Source: Blastocystis sp. Blastoise
Taxonomy: Eukaryota > Protista > Bigyra: Opalinata
Direction: 5' to 3'
Length of the DNA: 64,000 nt
NCBI GenBank assembly: GCA_039096225.1
Contig: JBBPEB010000004.1
Coordinates: 682,001 to 746,000 of the forward strand
This document shows, one piece after another, positions 28,255-50,548 of this stretch. The notes under the pieces were generated by a model that saw only the letters and a list, made by a program, of their open reading frames with translations, did not search any database and was not told the origin of the DNA. A program made the position numbers and the translations under genes. The number at the start of each line of letters is the position of its first letter. Within the stretch, counting starts at the first letter, position 1.

Positions 28255-28897
28255 ATACATTAAAATATATAGTAATTTATAATAATTTATTAGAAATGAT
28301 GAATTTTTGTGTTTTGTTTTGTTTCTGTTCTATTTTCTATCCTGAATGTTAGTGCCATGCTTATTTAAATACACATTATAGCATATTATAGTCTTCATAC
28401 AGACAATTTATTTAACACTACGCACTAATCTCTATTTTCTTATTTTATATTCTTGTTATTAGTGCCTATTATTGATTATTACTCTAAAGGTGAAACTGTA
28501 ACGAGTTCAGAGAGATGTGTGTAAAAAGAAATAGTTCTAAAAATCGAATTTGATTTTAGAATACACTATTTGTTTCAAGATTATAGAATGTGAAATTAGC
28601 ACAAATATTATTTTATAAAATACTACAACTTAGCGAACAAAATTGAGTAAAGCAAATATTAAATGAGTATGATTCACAATTAATCAATATGATTTTTCTA
28701 TATAAATAAGCTTAAGTGATCTTAGATATATTTTGAAAAGCATCTTTTGTTGACTTTATAGAAGCAAAAGAAATGAATTAAAAAAGAAGAAATATGGGGA
28801 TATATCAATAAAAGCCGCCAAAAGTGAAATTCTCTTGTGAAAACAGAATTCATATTTTTTTTTAATTTTCTTCTGTTTATAATCAATAAAAGCAAAT

Positions 28898-29417
28898 ATG
28901 TTTATTCAGATAGTATCGGAAGGTAGTTCTGAGAAGAAAGTATATGTTTTTTGTTTGTTTTCTGACAACCTATAGTGGATTATTGTCGAATTACAAGGTT
29001 CTTTACATCAGAATGATGATTTACCATTTGAAGGGCAAGCAATAGGATATTTCAGCGAAGAAGAAGGTCGACCTATTTTAACAATTGGTAATCATCTTTG
29101 CGAAGGAAAACTTGTTCACCTTTCAAAACCTATTGCTAGTATGTTTTTATTTTTCTGGATATATATAAATGTTTTGTAATGTATAGTTTTAGAAAAGGTT
29201 CCTTTAGAAGAAGACACAGTCGAAGAAAGTATATTATATAATCGTTATTATTTATGAATCTTTTATATTTATATTTATTTCCTTGAATTCAATGTCTATA
29301 TTATCAATAGATGAGAAACCTGTAGAATATCGAGTTAAAGTTATTGTATATGAAAAGTTTTTATTCTCATCAAGACCAAGACCTATTTTCAACTCTGCTA
29401 GAAGAAAAATCTTCTAA
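28898..29417 (+). CDS. CTF8: Chromosome transmission fidelity protein 8 (Ctf18-RFC subunit), 4 exons; absent from the ORF track
   Basis: Spliced translation MFIQIVSE..WIIVELQG..GRPILTIGNHLCEGKLVHLSKPIAILEK..YRVKVIVYEKFLFSSRPRPIF matches the Ctf8 pattern ELQG / L.IG.H...GK...L.KP / K..F..RP.PI. Confidence 0.88.
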
Positions 29418-29767
29418 AACAACTGTGAATAATCGTTTTTTTTTTTATTATTTCTATATATGTATATTATTCTTGTTATTTATATTTAAAATAAACTCAT
29501 TTTAATCCTTTTTTTTTATCAATTTTTTCTCTTTTATGTCACTTATTTTCCATTTTATTACACATTCCATTATTTTTGAGTATTACTATCTTACGTTTTT
29601 TATTTGCTTTTATTGTCAATATATAAACTATTTTTTTTTCTTATTCAAAAAAAAGAAACTAAATTATAAAAATAGTATATTTATAGAAACAAGAATATAG
29701 ATACACATATACAATGAAACATAAGTATAATAATTATTTTTAAAAAACATAAAAATTAGTATATAAG

Positions 29768-30742
29768 CTAAGCAGAAGGAAAACAAGGATTCAGATTAAG
29801 TCCACAAATACCTTCTCCTTTAGGTACATAAGCAATTTTAATATATCCTTGATCACCCCATTCAGATCCCCAAGAATTCTTAATAAGAATATATTCTTTT
29901 CCATTTTCTGTACCATAAGCAACAGCAGCAACTCCATGATTTAAATCAGTACCACATTCCTCATCATCAACAATACCACTTTTATAATGTTGCCAAATTG
30001 AAGAACCAGCAGAGACAGCGACAGAAAGAACTCTTTTTGATAATGCCTGTCTCATAGATTCTCCATCTCTTGTAGGAATCACCATATAATGATCAATTGT
30101 TTCTATAGAAGTACAATGACTATCTTGACACTTACCTTGTGCATCAATATATGGATACTCATCTTCTGTACATAGACCAACTGCACCTTGTGCATATGTG
30201 AAAGCATCATCCATATGACCACCTAAACAACCCCAACTAACAGGATCACAATCAATTAATTGTTGCTCGGATAAAGAATAAAGAGTGCCTCGTTTAATAA
30301 AAATAGCAGCTTCCATAGCAGCTACAGCAGAAAAAGCCCAACAAGAACCACAATCACCTTGATCTTTAACTGGAGTTACAGCACCTTTATCTCTCCAATC
30401 AACTGATTCTGGAATATCATCATTATTAGAAGTATAATTCTTGTTATTTTTCATATTTATTTTGGATTTGAATCCACCACAAAAACGAGAAGAACGAAAT
30501 TCAAGATTTGTCATATCAGTAAATGGTGTTATACCTAATCTATATGAATGAAGCTTTTTATTTTCATTTTCTATATATTGAAGATTTTCTGTGAAGACTG
30601 AAAGACGATATCTATATTCTTGTTCTGAATACTGTTTCTGATACTGATTTATATAAACGCCAAACTGATTTTTATAATATATAGTTGAACTTCCAAAGCT
30701 AACACAACATAATATAAAGTTAAATAATACAATAATTCGCAT
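29768..30742 (-). CDS. Papain-family (C1A) cathepsin L-like cysteine protease, intronless
   Basis: Signal peptide, ERFNIN-like prodomain, [39 protein letters not shown] (Q, C, H, N catalytic residues intact). Confidence 0.97.
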   Translation of the reverse strand: MRIIVLFNFILCCVSFGSSTIYYKNQFGVYINQYQKQYSEQEYRYRLSVFTENLQYIENENKKLHSYRLGITPFTDMTNLEFRSSRFCGGFKSKINMKNNKNYTSNNDDIPESVDWRDKGAVTPVKDQGDCGSCWAFSAVAAMEAAIFIKRGTLYSLSEQQLIDCDPVSWGCLGGHMDDAFTYAQGAVGLCTEDEYPYIDAQGKCQDSHCTSIETIDHYMVIPTRDGESMRQALSKRVLSVAVSAGSSIWQHYKSGIVDDEECGTDLNHGVAAVAYGTENGKEYILIKNSWGSEWGDQGYIKIAYVPKGEGICGLNLNPCFPSA

Positions 30743-32187
30743 TTTTATTATTTACTATTAAAAAAAACAAAAACAAAGAATTTTTATAAAATTCTATAGT
30801 AAAGATTTCTTCTATTTTGTTTTTATCGAGTATAGAATCATAAGGTGTCTATATATTCCATAAAAATATATATTGTATTTCTAACCCTAACCATATGTTG
30901 ATGGTGATAAAATATGTGAATATCTATCGTGAAATGTCATGAGGTTTCCAATTATTGCTATATTTATGGTATATAACTATACTAACTAAAAATCAGTCAT
31001 ATAGAAAATACTAAAGGATATATAATAACAGTAATATATAGGTAATCAAGTTATTGTTTATACAAAAGTTAAGGTAATAGGATTTGAAAATGTACTACTT
31101 CGTATTACAATAGATAAAAGTGAGTAAAAATGATTGAATATTGATCTAACTATGTTACTTTGAAAAATGAATTGTTTTCATGTATCTAGATTCCATTTAT
31201 TATGTGTTAATAATTGTAAACAATAGAAATTCTAAAGCTGAAATGCCAAGAATATGAATGAATATCAAATTTTGGTTTACCTTTTTGTTAAGTTTTAAAT
31301 TAAGCCTTAGATTCTATTTGATTCATCGATTTAGGTATTTTTAATGCTCTTCAAGATTGATTTTAAGATGTAATTCATGAATATATCTATTCTTATATGC
31401 TGTTTCGTTAATAATTCGTTTTTCACGGCAGATAAATTTCTTAAAGTAATTATAAATTATATAAATGAGTTATTCAGATTATAGAGTCTTAGAATGCAAA
31501 TAGTTCTAGACTAAAATAAAACAAAATTAGTTTCGTACATATCTTCCACTTTGGTTCTTAGATGTAAAATAGTATTTTCTCAAAAACAAATAGGATACTC
31601 TTATTATTTATAAATAAAAAACACTATAAATCAATCGTAGTGGATATATGATAGTTATTTATTAAGAAAATTTGTGAAATCTTAGTCATCCTATGTGATT
31701 CGAATAATTCTGAAATATAATTTCCTGTGTCATGCACGTAAATATCATAAAAAAATAGCATTAGTCTATTCAGTCTTTTCTCCATAAAAAAGAATCGTGA
31801 TTCTTTTTTGAAGAAATATTTTCCAGAAAAAAAATCCAGAAATGAAGTTTATTTTCAGTGTGTTTTTATAAAATTATTACGATTATTTTTCATCCATTTG
31901 GAATCTCTATTTTTTTCTATGAAACAAGAATCCAGTGTGTGTTTGGTTAATCGGGAAAAAGTGCACTTACCCTGAATTATAAGTTAGTTTTGTCGTTTTA
32001 GTTTGTACTACTACAAACATGGAGTTGAAGAAAAAGTTCTTCTCACATGAAAAGATTTTTTCTTTTATAAGTAGCCTTTAATAAGACAATATTTATTCTT
32101 TACTGCCGGTTACTATCTTTTAGAAGTATATACAGCTACATATCCACATAATAATAGTATATATTGTTCCATTATTACAGTTCTTGA

Positions 32188-34389
<2,202 letters not shown>

Positions 34390-35625
34390 TTCTTTTTTTT
34401 TGATAATTCTATATTTTTTAGTATTAATATTTACTATTACAATAATTTTGTTTTATTATTTTGAATATTATTTTCTTTCAGAGAAATGTGTTTTTTTTAT
34501 TTGTAGAACACTTATTTTTCTTTTATTCAACGTTCTTTCATTAATTAATATTATTATTTTTTGAAAATTAATTTTCAACCTGTTTTTAAATTATTAAGTC
34601 ATTAGACATTTTGTTTTTTTTTTAAATATTTCTTAAAATCTTTTTTTTTTTAAATATTTACACCTTGTTTTTTACTCTCTCTTTGTTTCTTTTCACTTCT
34701 TTAACTTTACATATTATCTAAAACTTATTCTTTTTATTTTTTTTCTATTTATTAGAATTAGCAATCTTCATTCTTCTTACTATTATTATACTATTTCATA
34801 TATCTATTTACTTATTTATTAGTTTATCTTTATAATTCATATTGTCTACTATTCTGTGTACTATTTCTTTTCATCATATTATTTATATTTGAATAAAAAT
34901 ATCATTTTTTTCCATTAATTTTTTATATTATATATATTCATGAAATTATATTTTAAAAAATTTATTATTATTCTTTTTTTAATATAATCTTAGAAAAATT
35001 ATTTCTATTACCACATGATTATATATATATATAAATTATTTTATAGACTATTTTTACAAACACAGAACTATTTACATTATACATTTCTTTTTTATTTTGC
35101 TCTTTTATTATTATATTTTTTTCAAATTATCTATTTTTTTTCTTGTGTGCCTTCTATTACTTGAGTTTCTACATACTTATTTTTTTTTGTTCATTTATTA
35201 AAACCACATGGCTTTATTCATCACATTCTATCATTCTACCATTTGATTTATTTCATGAATAAGACCTTTTATACACCATTCTCATTAAATCATCTGTTAT
35301 TACTTGATTCATTCTCTCTATAGAATTATTAAACTATCAAATCATATAAAACATTCATCTAACACAAAAACAGTATATGAATATTACGAAAAACTCAATC
35401 ACTGAAGTATACAAACAAAAACGCTTACCTATTATATATTTTATTCTATTCGCGAAATGTATATTATATGTATTGCTTAGTTTATGATATACAAGCAGAA
35501 ACTAACCTTCTAAATCTGTTTAAAGACAACAAATACTTTTTAAAGCAAAAAAAAAAGAGTAATTACAATGAAGTGTTTTTATTTAGAATATTATTATATA
35601 TTATAATAAAGTACTGCTTCCAGTA

Positions 35626-35714
35626 CCGAGCTTAGCTCAGTTGGAAGAGCGTTAGACTGTAGTGGCTGCATTGCAGCAATCTAAGGGTCGCTGGTTCGAT
35701 TCCGGCAGCTCGGA
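35626..35714 (+). tRNA. tRNA-Tyr(GTA) with 16-nt intron at 37/38 (35663-35678)
   Basis: Acceptor stem CCGAGCT/AGCTCGG + A, D arm GCTC..GAGC, anticodon stem TTAGA/TCTAA, GTA at 35659-35661, T arm GCTGG TTCGATT CCGGC; 73 nt after splicing; T6 Pol III terminator at 35720. Confidence 0.97.
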
Positions 35715-35979
35715 ATTCCTTTTTAACTTTTTATTAATTACAATTTCTTCTTTTTGTTTTTTTCCAACTATTTTTTTTATTTTATAACATATATATATAT
35801 TTTATGTTAAATCAGTTGATTATATGAATCCTATTTTTATTTTCATTAAATACTCTAAATAACGAAGAATACAAATATTAGTGTATCACAGGAATAACCG
35901 TGTTTCCATTTCTTTTTCTTTGTTTTCTGCTTTTTTTTCAGAAAGTTTTGATATTGTTTTTTGTGATAAGTTTTGGTCA

Positions 35980-37651
<1,672 letters not shown>

Positions 37652-38476
37652 ACTGGCCACAATTCTTGCTTTATGTTATTCACAAAAAAGAGAACTATTT
37701 TAACATCTAAAGCAATCTAATAGAATTTGTTTTTGCTGAATAATTTATTCCCGATATCTGTTGGTATTGTTCATGCTAATATTCATTTTTCATTTAAAAC
37801 GATTTATTTGTTATTGTTAATAGACTTAGACAATCATTAGATAAGATGAACCAATTATTTTTTTATAAATCAATACTAAAAATTTCTAAAGTTTCCATAA
37901 TACATAGAAAAACATATAAATATCATCTAGTACTTATTCTAATAAAAATACATATCTTAAATATATAAGCACAAACGAACAAAGAAATGAACAACATAAT
38001 CTTATTTGATTTTCGATGATGAACCCATTATACTCTTTTCAAATACCATCTCACTCCATAATTATATAAAGACACTTTTCATGTATTCTTTTTTATTATA
38101 GGAAACAACCAAGATACGAATTTCAAAATTTTATAAAGAATTGAATGACTTTTACGATTATTTCATATGGGTTCCCTATAATTGACAACAAAACCATAAT
38201 TAATATTAAAAGTGCAAGTGAGATTGAACTAAGAATTCTATTGTGATATAGGGAACCGGAAAGACTCGGGAAGAAACATGGAAATTCTTGATTTTGTAGG
38301 AAGAAAGATTGGAATACTTTTTGTTCATGTTATAAAGATAGATTTCGTTTGTTGTGTTTATCTCTGTAATTTATCTTAGAATATATCTGATTTTCTAATC
38401 AAATAGTATGTTGATATCTTCTTTTATATGTCTATGTTTTTAAATATAGTTTTTCGAGAAATCAATTGGAAACACG

Positions 38477-44061
<5,585 letters not shown>

Positions 44062-44648
44062 TACTTATATAATTTATTTATTGTAGATCTCTTTTCCTTA
44101 TATATATATATATATACATATAATATATATATTCTATTATATCTATTTTATTAATTTATGCTATGCATATTTCATGAGTCATTATTCTATTAGTTCTTTT
44201 ATTAATATTTAATTCTTATATATATGTATATATGTATATATAAATTATTGCTATCTACATATTGTTACTCTACTCTTTTTCATCATTCTTTTACCATCTA
44301 TATGTATCACTCTATAATTATAAGATTATTTTTATTAGTATCTACATTGTCTTAATAAAGTGTATATTTTATTTGAATCATCTTAATTCTTATTTATTGT
44401 TTTGTCATTGTTTTCTTTTTTACTTTTTTATTATTCTATTTTTGTTTAGTTTCTTTTTTTATTTGTTAATTCTTATATTTCAGTTTTTTAATATGTTAGA
44501 AATTAATTATTAAAGACATCAAAATGGATTATTTTATAAACACAATACTAATGTTGTCATAATAAGTGACATAATTAAAAGAAACATAATTTACTAAAAA
44601 AAACACAACAAAACTATAAGAGATTATTTATATATAATATAACAAGGA

Positions 44649-45636
44649 TTATTGAAAGAAGTTTTCCAATGAATTTGATGCTAATTCTTTTTGAGGGACA
44701 GTTGCTTTTGTTGGCTTTATAACTGGCTTATTTCTATAATTAATAGTAATAAGTATATGATAAAAGTTGTTTATTTATATATATATATGATTCTATGTAT
44801 ATACAGTGATTTTTGTAAGAATGGTATCATATCTTCTAATAAAAAATTCAATTCACTCTCCTGTTGACAACATTGAACTAAATGATCCGTCTTTATATTA
44901 TTATATTATATTATTATATTATTATATTATATTATTATATTTATGATAATATAATTGTTAAAAATAATAGTGAATAATAAAATCATAATATATATACTTT
45001 ACATGTCTTTTTACCTTCTCTTATTAAACGTGCACCCATTTTCATTCCTAATTCTTGACAGAATAATTTCTATATATATATAATCTATATATTTATTTGA
45101 TCATAAATTATATTTACTAAAAATACAATATAGACTAAAGTATATAGTTATAAATAAGAAACAATATATGATGAAGTTTCTAAGCAATTGTTATGAATTC
45201 ACAATAAATATACAGTCGCATATCCAAAGGCTTGTGTTGCTTGTGCTTGTATCATTTTTACTTCCGGATCTAATTTGATAATCCTTTTCACCCTTGCTAA
45301 GGGAAATGGTGGGACTTGTTTGTTATTTTTGTCATCATCATTCACATCAGCGTTTATTTCTTCCTCTTCATCATCAACCTCTTTATCAATATCAATATCA
45401 TCATTTCTATCCGATCGTTCTTCTTCATTTGTATCATCTTCTTTTATACCTTGATTGTCATTTATTCCGTCCTGCTCTTCTGCATTGATCTGATCATTTT
45501 CACTATTATCTATTGAATTATTTTGCTCATTTTCATCCAAATCTGATTCTTTTTTATTATTTTCTTCATTCTGAGAGTTCACTTGATCTCTAAGACTATC
45601 ATTGTCTTCTTCATCACTGTTATAATGATCACTCAT
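44649..45636 (-). CDS. H2A-type histone-fold protein (POLE4/Dpb3, CHRAC1, NF-YC family) with long acidic N-terminus, 4 exons
   Basis: FPLARVKRIIKLDPEVKMI..A..AFGYAT|KLFCQELG..KKTCK|TDHL..ELNFL; stop TAA at 44651-44649. Confidence 0.85.
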
Positions 45637-45982
45637 GAGAATTTTCTTTCGTATTTGTAATACAATAATAGAAGCATTTTCAGAAATAATCAGATTCTTT
45701 AAGTATTTTTTGAATTTTTTTTAATAATTTCAAGGGAATGATCCCTATACATGTATACCAATAGAAACATAGTAAAACTTGAGTGTATATGGTTCATCCA
45801 ATTGTATAGTTCGAAAATTTAAAGTTCATGTCAGTCAAGTTTTCAAGAGTGAATTTCTTTTTACATCTATAATCCATATAATCCGTATATCTTATACGAA
45901 TCAAATAAGATATCAATCATTAATATTGGCGACATTTGATTAATAGTGAATAAAGTGTCAATCTTTTAAATATTCAAATCAA

Positions 45983-47018
45983 ATGGAAACTGTGAAAACG
46001 GAAAAAAATGATCTGACAGGTCTAAGGCATTGCAGTCAACTTGTTGCTCTTCGTTTAAAGCAAATGAAAGAAATTCCGTATAATGAAGTATGTTTGTTTT
46101 TGCTTCTTTCTTGTAATTTATTTATGTAGTTTTCTATAAAACTTATTGCTGAGATTCAGTCTACATTGGGAAAATGTAAAAGAGTTGAGAGTCATAAGAA
46201 TATTCGTAGAAGAATCTATGATTCGATCAATGTCCTCATTGCTCTAAATGTTGTAGAGAAAACAAAGGATAAATTATTAATATGGAAAGGCTTTCATAAT
46301 GAGTCTGATTACAAACACCAAAAGTTGCTTGTATATATATTATTTTTGATATCTTTGAACAATCTCTATAGACTAGTATATCATATGAAAAACAAAAACT
46401 ACAACAGTTGAATTCTAAAATTCTTGTTCAAATGTTATATGTATGTAAATAGAATCTTTAATTATTTTAAAACATAATATAATGTGTGATATTAATATGT
46501 GTGATATTCATATATATTTTTTTTCTATATACCATATGTATATATTTTTAATATGTATCATATATTAATTTTTTATATATCATATATATATTTTTTTGTA
46601 TATATATATATTTTCTATATATCTTCTATAGAGACGTTTATTACAACGTCACTTATATGAGCAAGAGAAGAAGTATAAGAATATGGATAGTATATCTTTA
46701 GAGAAAAGAAAGTCTATGACATCTATACAAGACATACCTTGTCTCTTTTTAACTACTTCTCAAAATAATGATATAGATTGCGAAATAACAAATGATAATA
46801 AAACATTTTATTTTCATTCGGATACTCATTGTGTATATTATAATGATATGGATATATTATTAAGAAAATATCCAGAAATACTTGACGAATTTATGAAAGT
46901 ACATAAAGATTTTATATATGATCCCAATAATTCATTTTTAACAGATCGAATTTTATTTGAGAATCCACAATATTCAGATATTCTTGATACTACTTCTTCA
47001 TCTGTATTCTCATTTTAA
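45983..47018 (+). CDS. TFDP: DP-family (E2F dimerisation partner) transcription factor, 4 exons
   Basis: GLRHCSQLVA..YNE, KNIRRRIYDSINVLIALNVV..LLIWKG, C-terminal DP-like segment (PCLFLTT..IDCEITND..YFH..DMDIL). Confidence 0.88.
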
Positions 47019-47543
47019 TTATAAGTAGTTTTAGTTACTCTTTTATATATATGTTTTATTCTTTTGCTTATATATTTTAAACTATTTTATTTATATATTT
47101 TAAACTCTTTTACTTATATATATTAAACCATTTTATTTACATATTTAACTCTTTTATTTATAATGATTTCCTTTTCTTTATAATGATTTCCTTTTCTTTA
47201 TATGTAAATTAATTTAGAATTATATTCTAACATTTTTAAAGTCAATTCTATGTTTTCCTTTTGCAATATATATGTTTCTTGACCTGTCTTATTAATTTCT
47301 TTTGCATGAATAGTAATTATTTCATGTTGTATTTATTCTTATTTCTTTTATTCAAAAGCACATTTATTAGTCAAACTAGGCTTTATTTGTTGTTTTGTTA
47401 CAAAAAATGTTTTTTTTTAATATATAATAATTATTTAGGATATATAAATGACTAAATATATTTATATATTGAAATCATAATTTTTAGAAAGAATAAATAT
47501 TTTTTTAAATATGAATGTATACTATAAAAAATATAATGAAGAA

Positions 47544-48165
47544 TTAAAAGAGTTGAGAATCAATAAAATCTGCGAAAGCTTGAGGGTTTGCATCTGAAAA
47601 ACTATATAGACAAAACATAGTGAAAAATAAAAGCATTGTTTATATATATCATCTTATCAACTCTAAAAATATATAGTATATATATACGGTAAAGGATTGA
47701 ACGAATTTGAATCTTGAATCACAGAAATAAGATTTGTACAGTTTGCTTGTAAGAGGTAATGCTCAGAAGACATGGCATTAGCTATCTCAAGTTGATGATT
47801 ATTCATTAGTTTTTCATTAATAACAACAACAAGTTTCTTACCAGCACGTAAACATTCAATAATGGTTCCAGCACCTAATAGAAATATACTATTTATAATT
47901 GATGATGAAAAAATATACCTGCATGTCCAATAATAAGGTCCGCTTGTTCAATATAAGGTTTTAATGATGGAATATAGTCAAATATGTCGATATCAATTTT
48001 ATTATTATTGAATATCTTTTTGTCTGGAATATAGCTTCCATTACCTTTTTGCATAATTATCTTTGAGTATCCCATTTGATGGAGAAGACATAGTATGTCT
48101 TCTTGAGATATACGTTCAATTAAATCTTCGAACTTTGTAGTACCAACTGTGATGAGTACAGACAT
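47544..48165 (-). CDS. ALG13: UDP-GlcNAc transferase subunit ALG13, 3 exons
   Basis: [53 protein letters not shown]. Confidence 0.96.
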
Positions 48166-48271
48166 AATTTTATATTAATTATTAAACAATTATTTATTTT
48201 TAAATATAAAATAAGAAATTTCTTTATACACCTTTTTGATTATTTTTTTATATTTATATATTTTTTAATAC

Positions 48272-49364
48272 ATGCAACTTCTCTATAATTCATCGAAGAT
48301 TATTCAGAAAGCATTTTTGCTGAGAAGATCAGCTTTACAATGTTTTTCTGTACTTCAAAAAAGAACATTATTTCTAAATACTTCTCAAGATATCAATACT
48401 TGGCCTCCTACTCTTCAAAAACAAAAATGCAATGAATTGACATCACTAAAACCAAATACTCAAGTAACATTAAGTGGATGGGTAGAATCTGTACGTCGTC
48501 TTGGATCAATTCTATTTATTGTATTAAGAGATAATACTGGAGATATTCAGCTGACATTTGATAGTACAAAACTATGTATGTTTCTTTATTTTTTTATTGA
48601 CAATCTTCTTTTTGTATATTTAGCTACTCAAGAATTTGAAACATTAAAAAAAATGACAATCGAAAGCACTATCTGTATTCGTGGACCTGTATATCCTAAT
48701 TCTATAACTATATTCTTTCATATGTCATATTTTTCTAGTTGACTGAACGTCCTAATGATAATGTGAATATGCATATGGAAACAGGTCGATTTGAAGTATA
48801 TCCAGAAGAATTCCATTTATTAAATAAAGCAGAACCTTTACCTTTTAAAGTATATATGTTATTCATAGTTTTATTTTTATTATTATTAATTGTGAATGAA
48901 GTGTTTATTGTAGTATGTGTTTTTATAATAATATATTTGTTTTTATAAATAATAGTATATGTTTTTATAATAATATATATGTTTTTATAAATATTATTAT
49001 ATGCTTTTATAAATAATATTATATGTTTTTATAATAATATATATGTTTTTATAATAATTTATATGCTTTTATAATAATATATATTATTAAAAATAATAAT
49101 ATATGTTTTTATAATAATTTATATGCTTTTATAAATAATAATATATGTAATTCTAATAATATATAAGATATATATATATAGCCATCGGATACTACAATAT
49201 CGGAAGAGATTTCATATCAAAATAGAGATATTTCCCTTCGAGAACAATATAATCAGTATATACTAAAATATAGAGCTAAATTATTTACTGGAATTCGTGA
49301 ACAAATGAATAACCACGGTTTTCTTGAAGTAGATACACCTCTTCTTACCAAAAGTACTCCTGAA

Positions 49365-49400
<36 letters not shown>

Positions 49401-50302
49401 GTTAAGACAATAACTTAATAATTGTTTAATTAATAATAAATATTATAAATATAAATATAAATATAAATATACTAATAATAATAATACTAATAATATATAT
49501 AGGGTGCTCGTGAGTTCCTAGTTCCAGTTATATCTCAAAATCACACTTGTAATTATGCACTTAGTCAATCTCCTCAACAATATAAACAAATACTTATGTG
49601 TGGTATATTATACTATTCTATATTCTTCAATATATATATTCAAATGTTTCTGAATGACTATATATATATATATATATATAGGAGGAGTAGATCGTTATTA
49701 TCAGTTAGCCACGTGCTTCCGTTACGAAGATGGTCGTAAAGATCGACAAATGGAATTTAAACAATTAGATATGGAAATGAGTTATGTTACAGATAAAAAG
49801 GTATATATATAATTATAATTATAATTATAATAATCAAGTGATATTATTTGACTTTTTTCATATATATATATAGACAATTATGAATAGTGTAGAGATGATT
49901 CTTTCTTCTGTTCTCTCTAAAGTCGATAAATCATTTCAAAATATATCATTTAATACATATACATATGATTATGTAATGAAAACATTTGGAACAGATAAAC
50001 CTGATTTTAAGAACCCTCTTCAATTAGAGGATATTACGACTTGTATTTCTTCCTCTACAAAATATTTAGATACAAAAAATCCTGTTATGTATATATTAAT
50101 AATAATAATAATATCTATAATTCTCTTTACTTTACCTATAATATATATATATATTATTTTTAAACTCCTTGTTTACTCTATATATATAATGTTCTCTAGT
50201 GCTCTCTGCGCTCCTTCTCTTGGTTCTTCTTTCTCTATGGGATTATTAAAGAAGAAAATAAATTCCTATATACATCAGAAAGACCTCTATAAACATACAG
50301 AA

Positions 50303-50333
<31 letters not shown>

Positions 50334-50501
50334 TATAGATATTATTTGGCTTGATTTATGATATATATTTATTCAATTGAATAAACTATATAATTATTTA
50401 TATTATAATAAAAAATTTATAGTGAAATCAGGAGGTGAGAAACAAGGCGATAAATGTATATCTCCAGAGGATTATGAGAAGATCAAAACACAATTAGAAC
50501 T

Positions 50502-50548
<47 letters not shown>

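Noticed and set aside
48689-48738. ATATCCT near the donor of AspRS intron 2 suggesting a U12 intron
   Set aside because: Using the AT start creates a stop; the GT two bases upstream gives an in-frame GT-AG intron (GP-LTERP).
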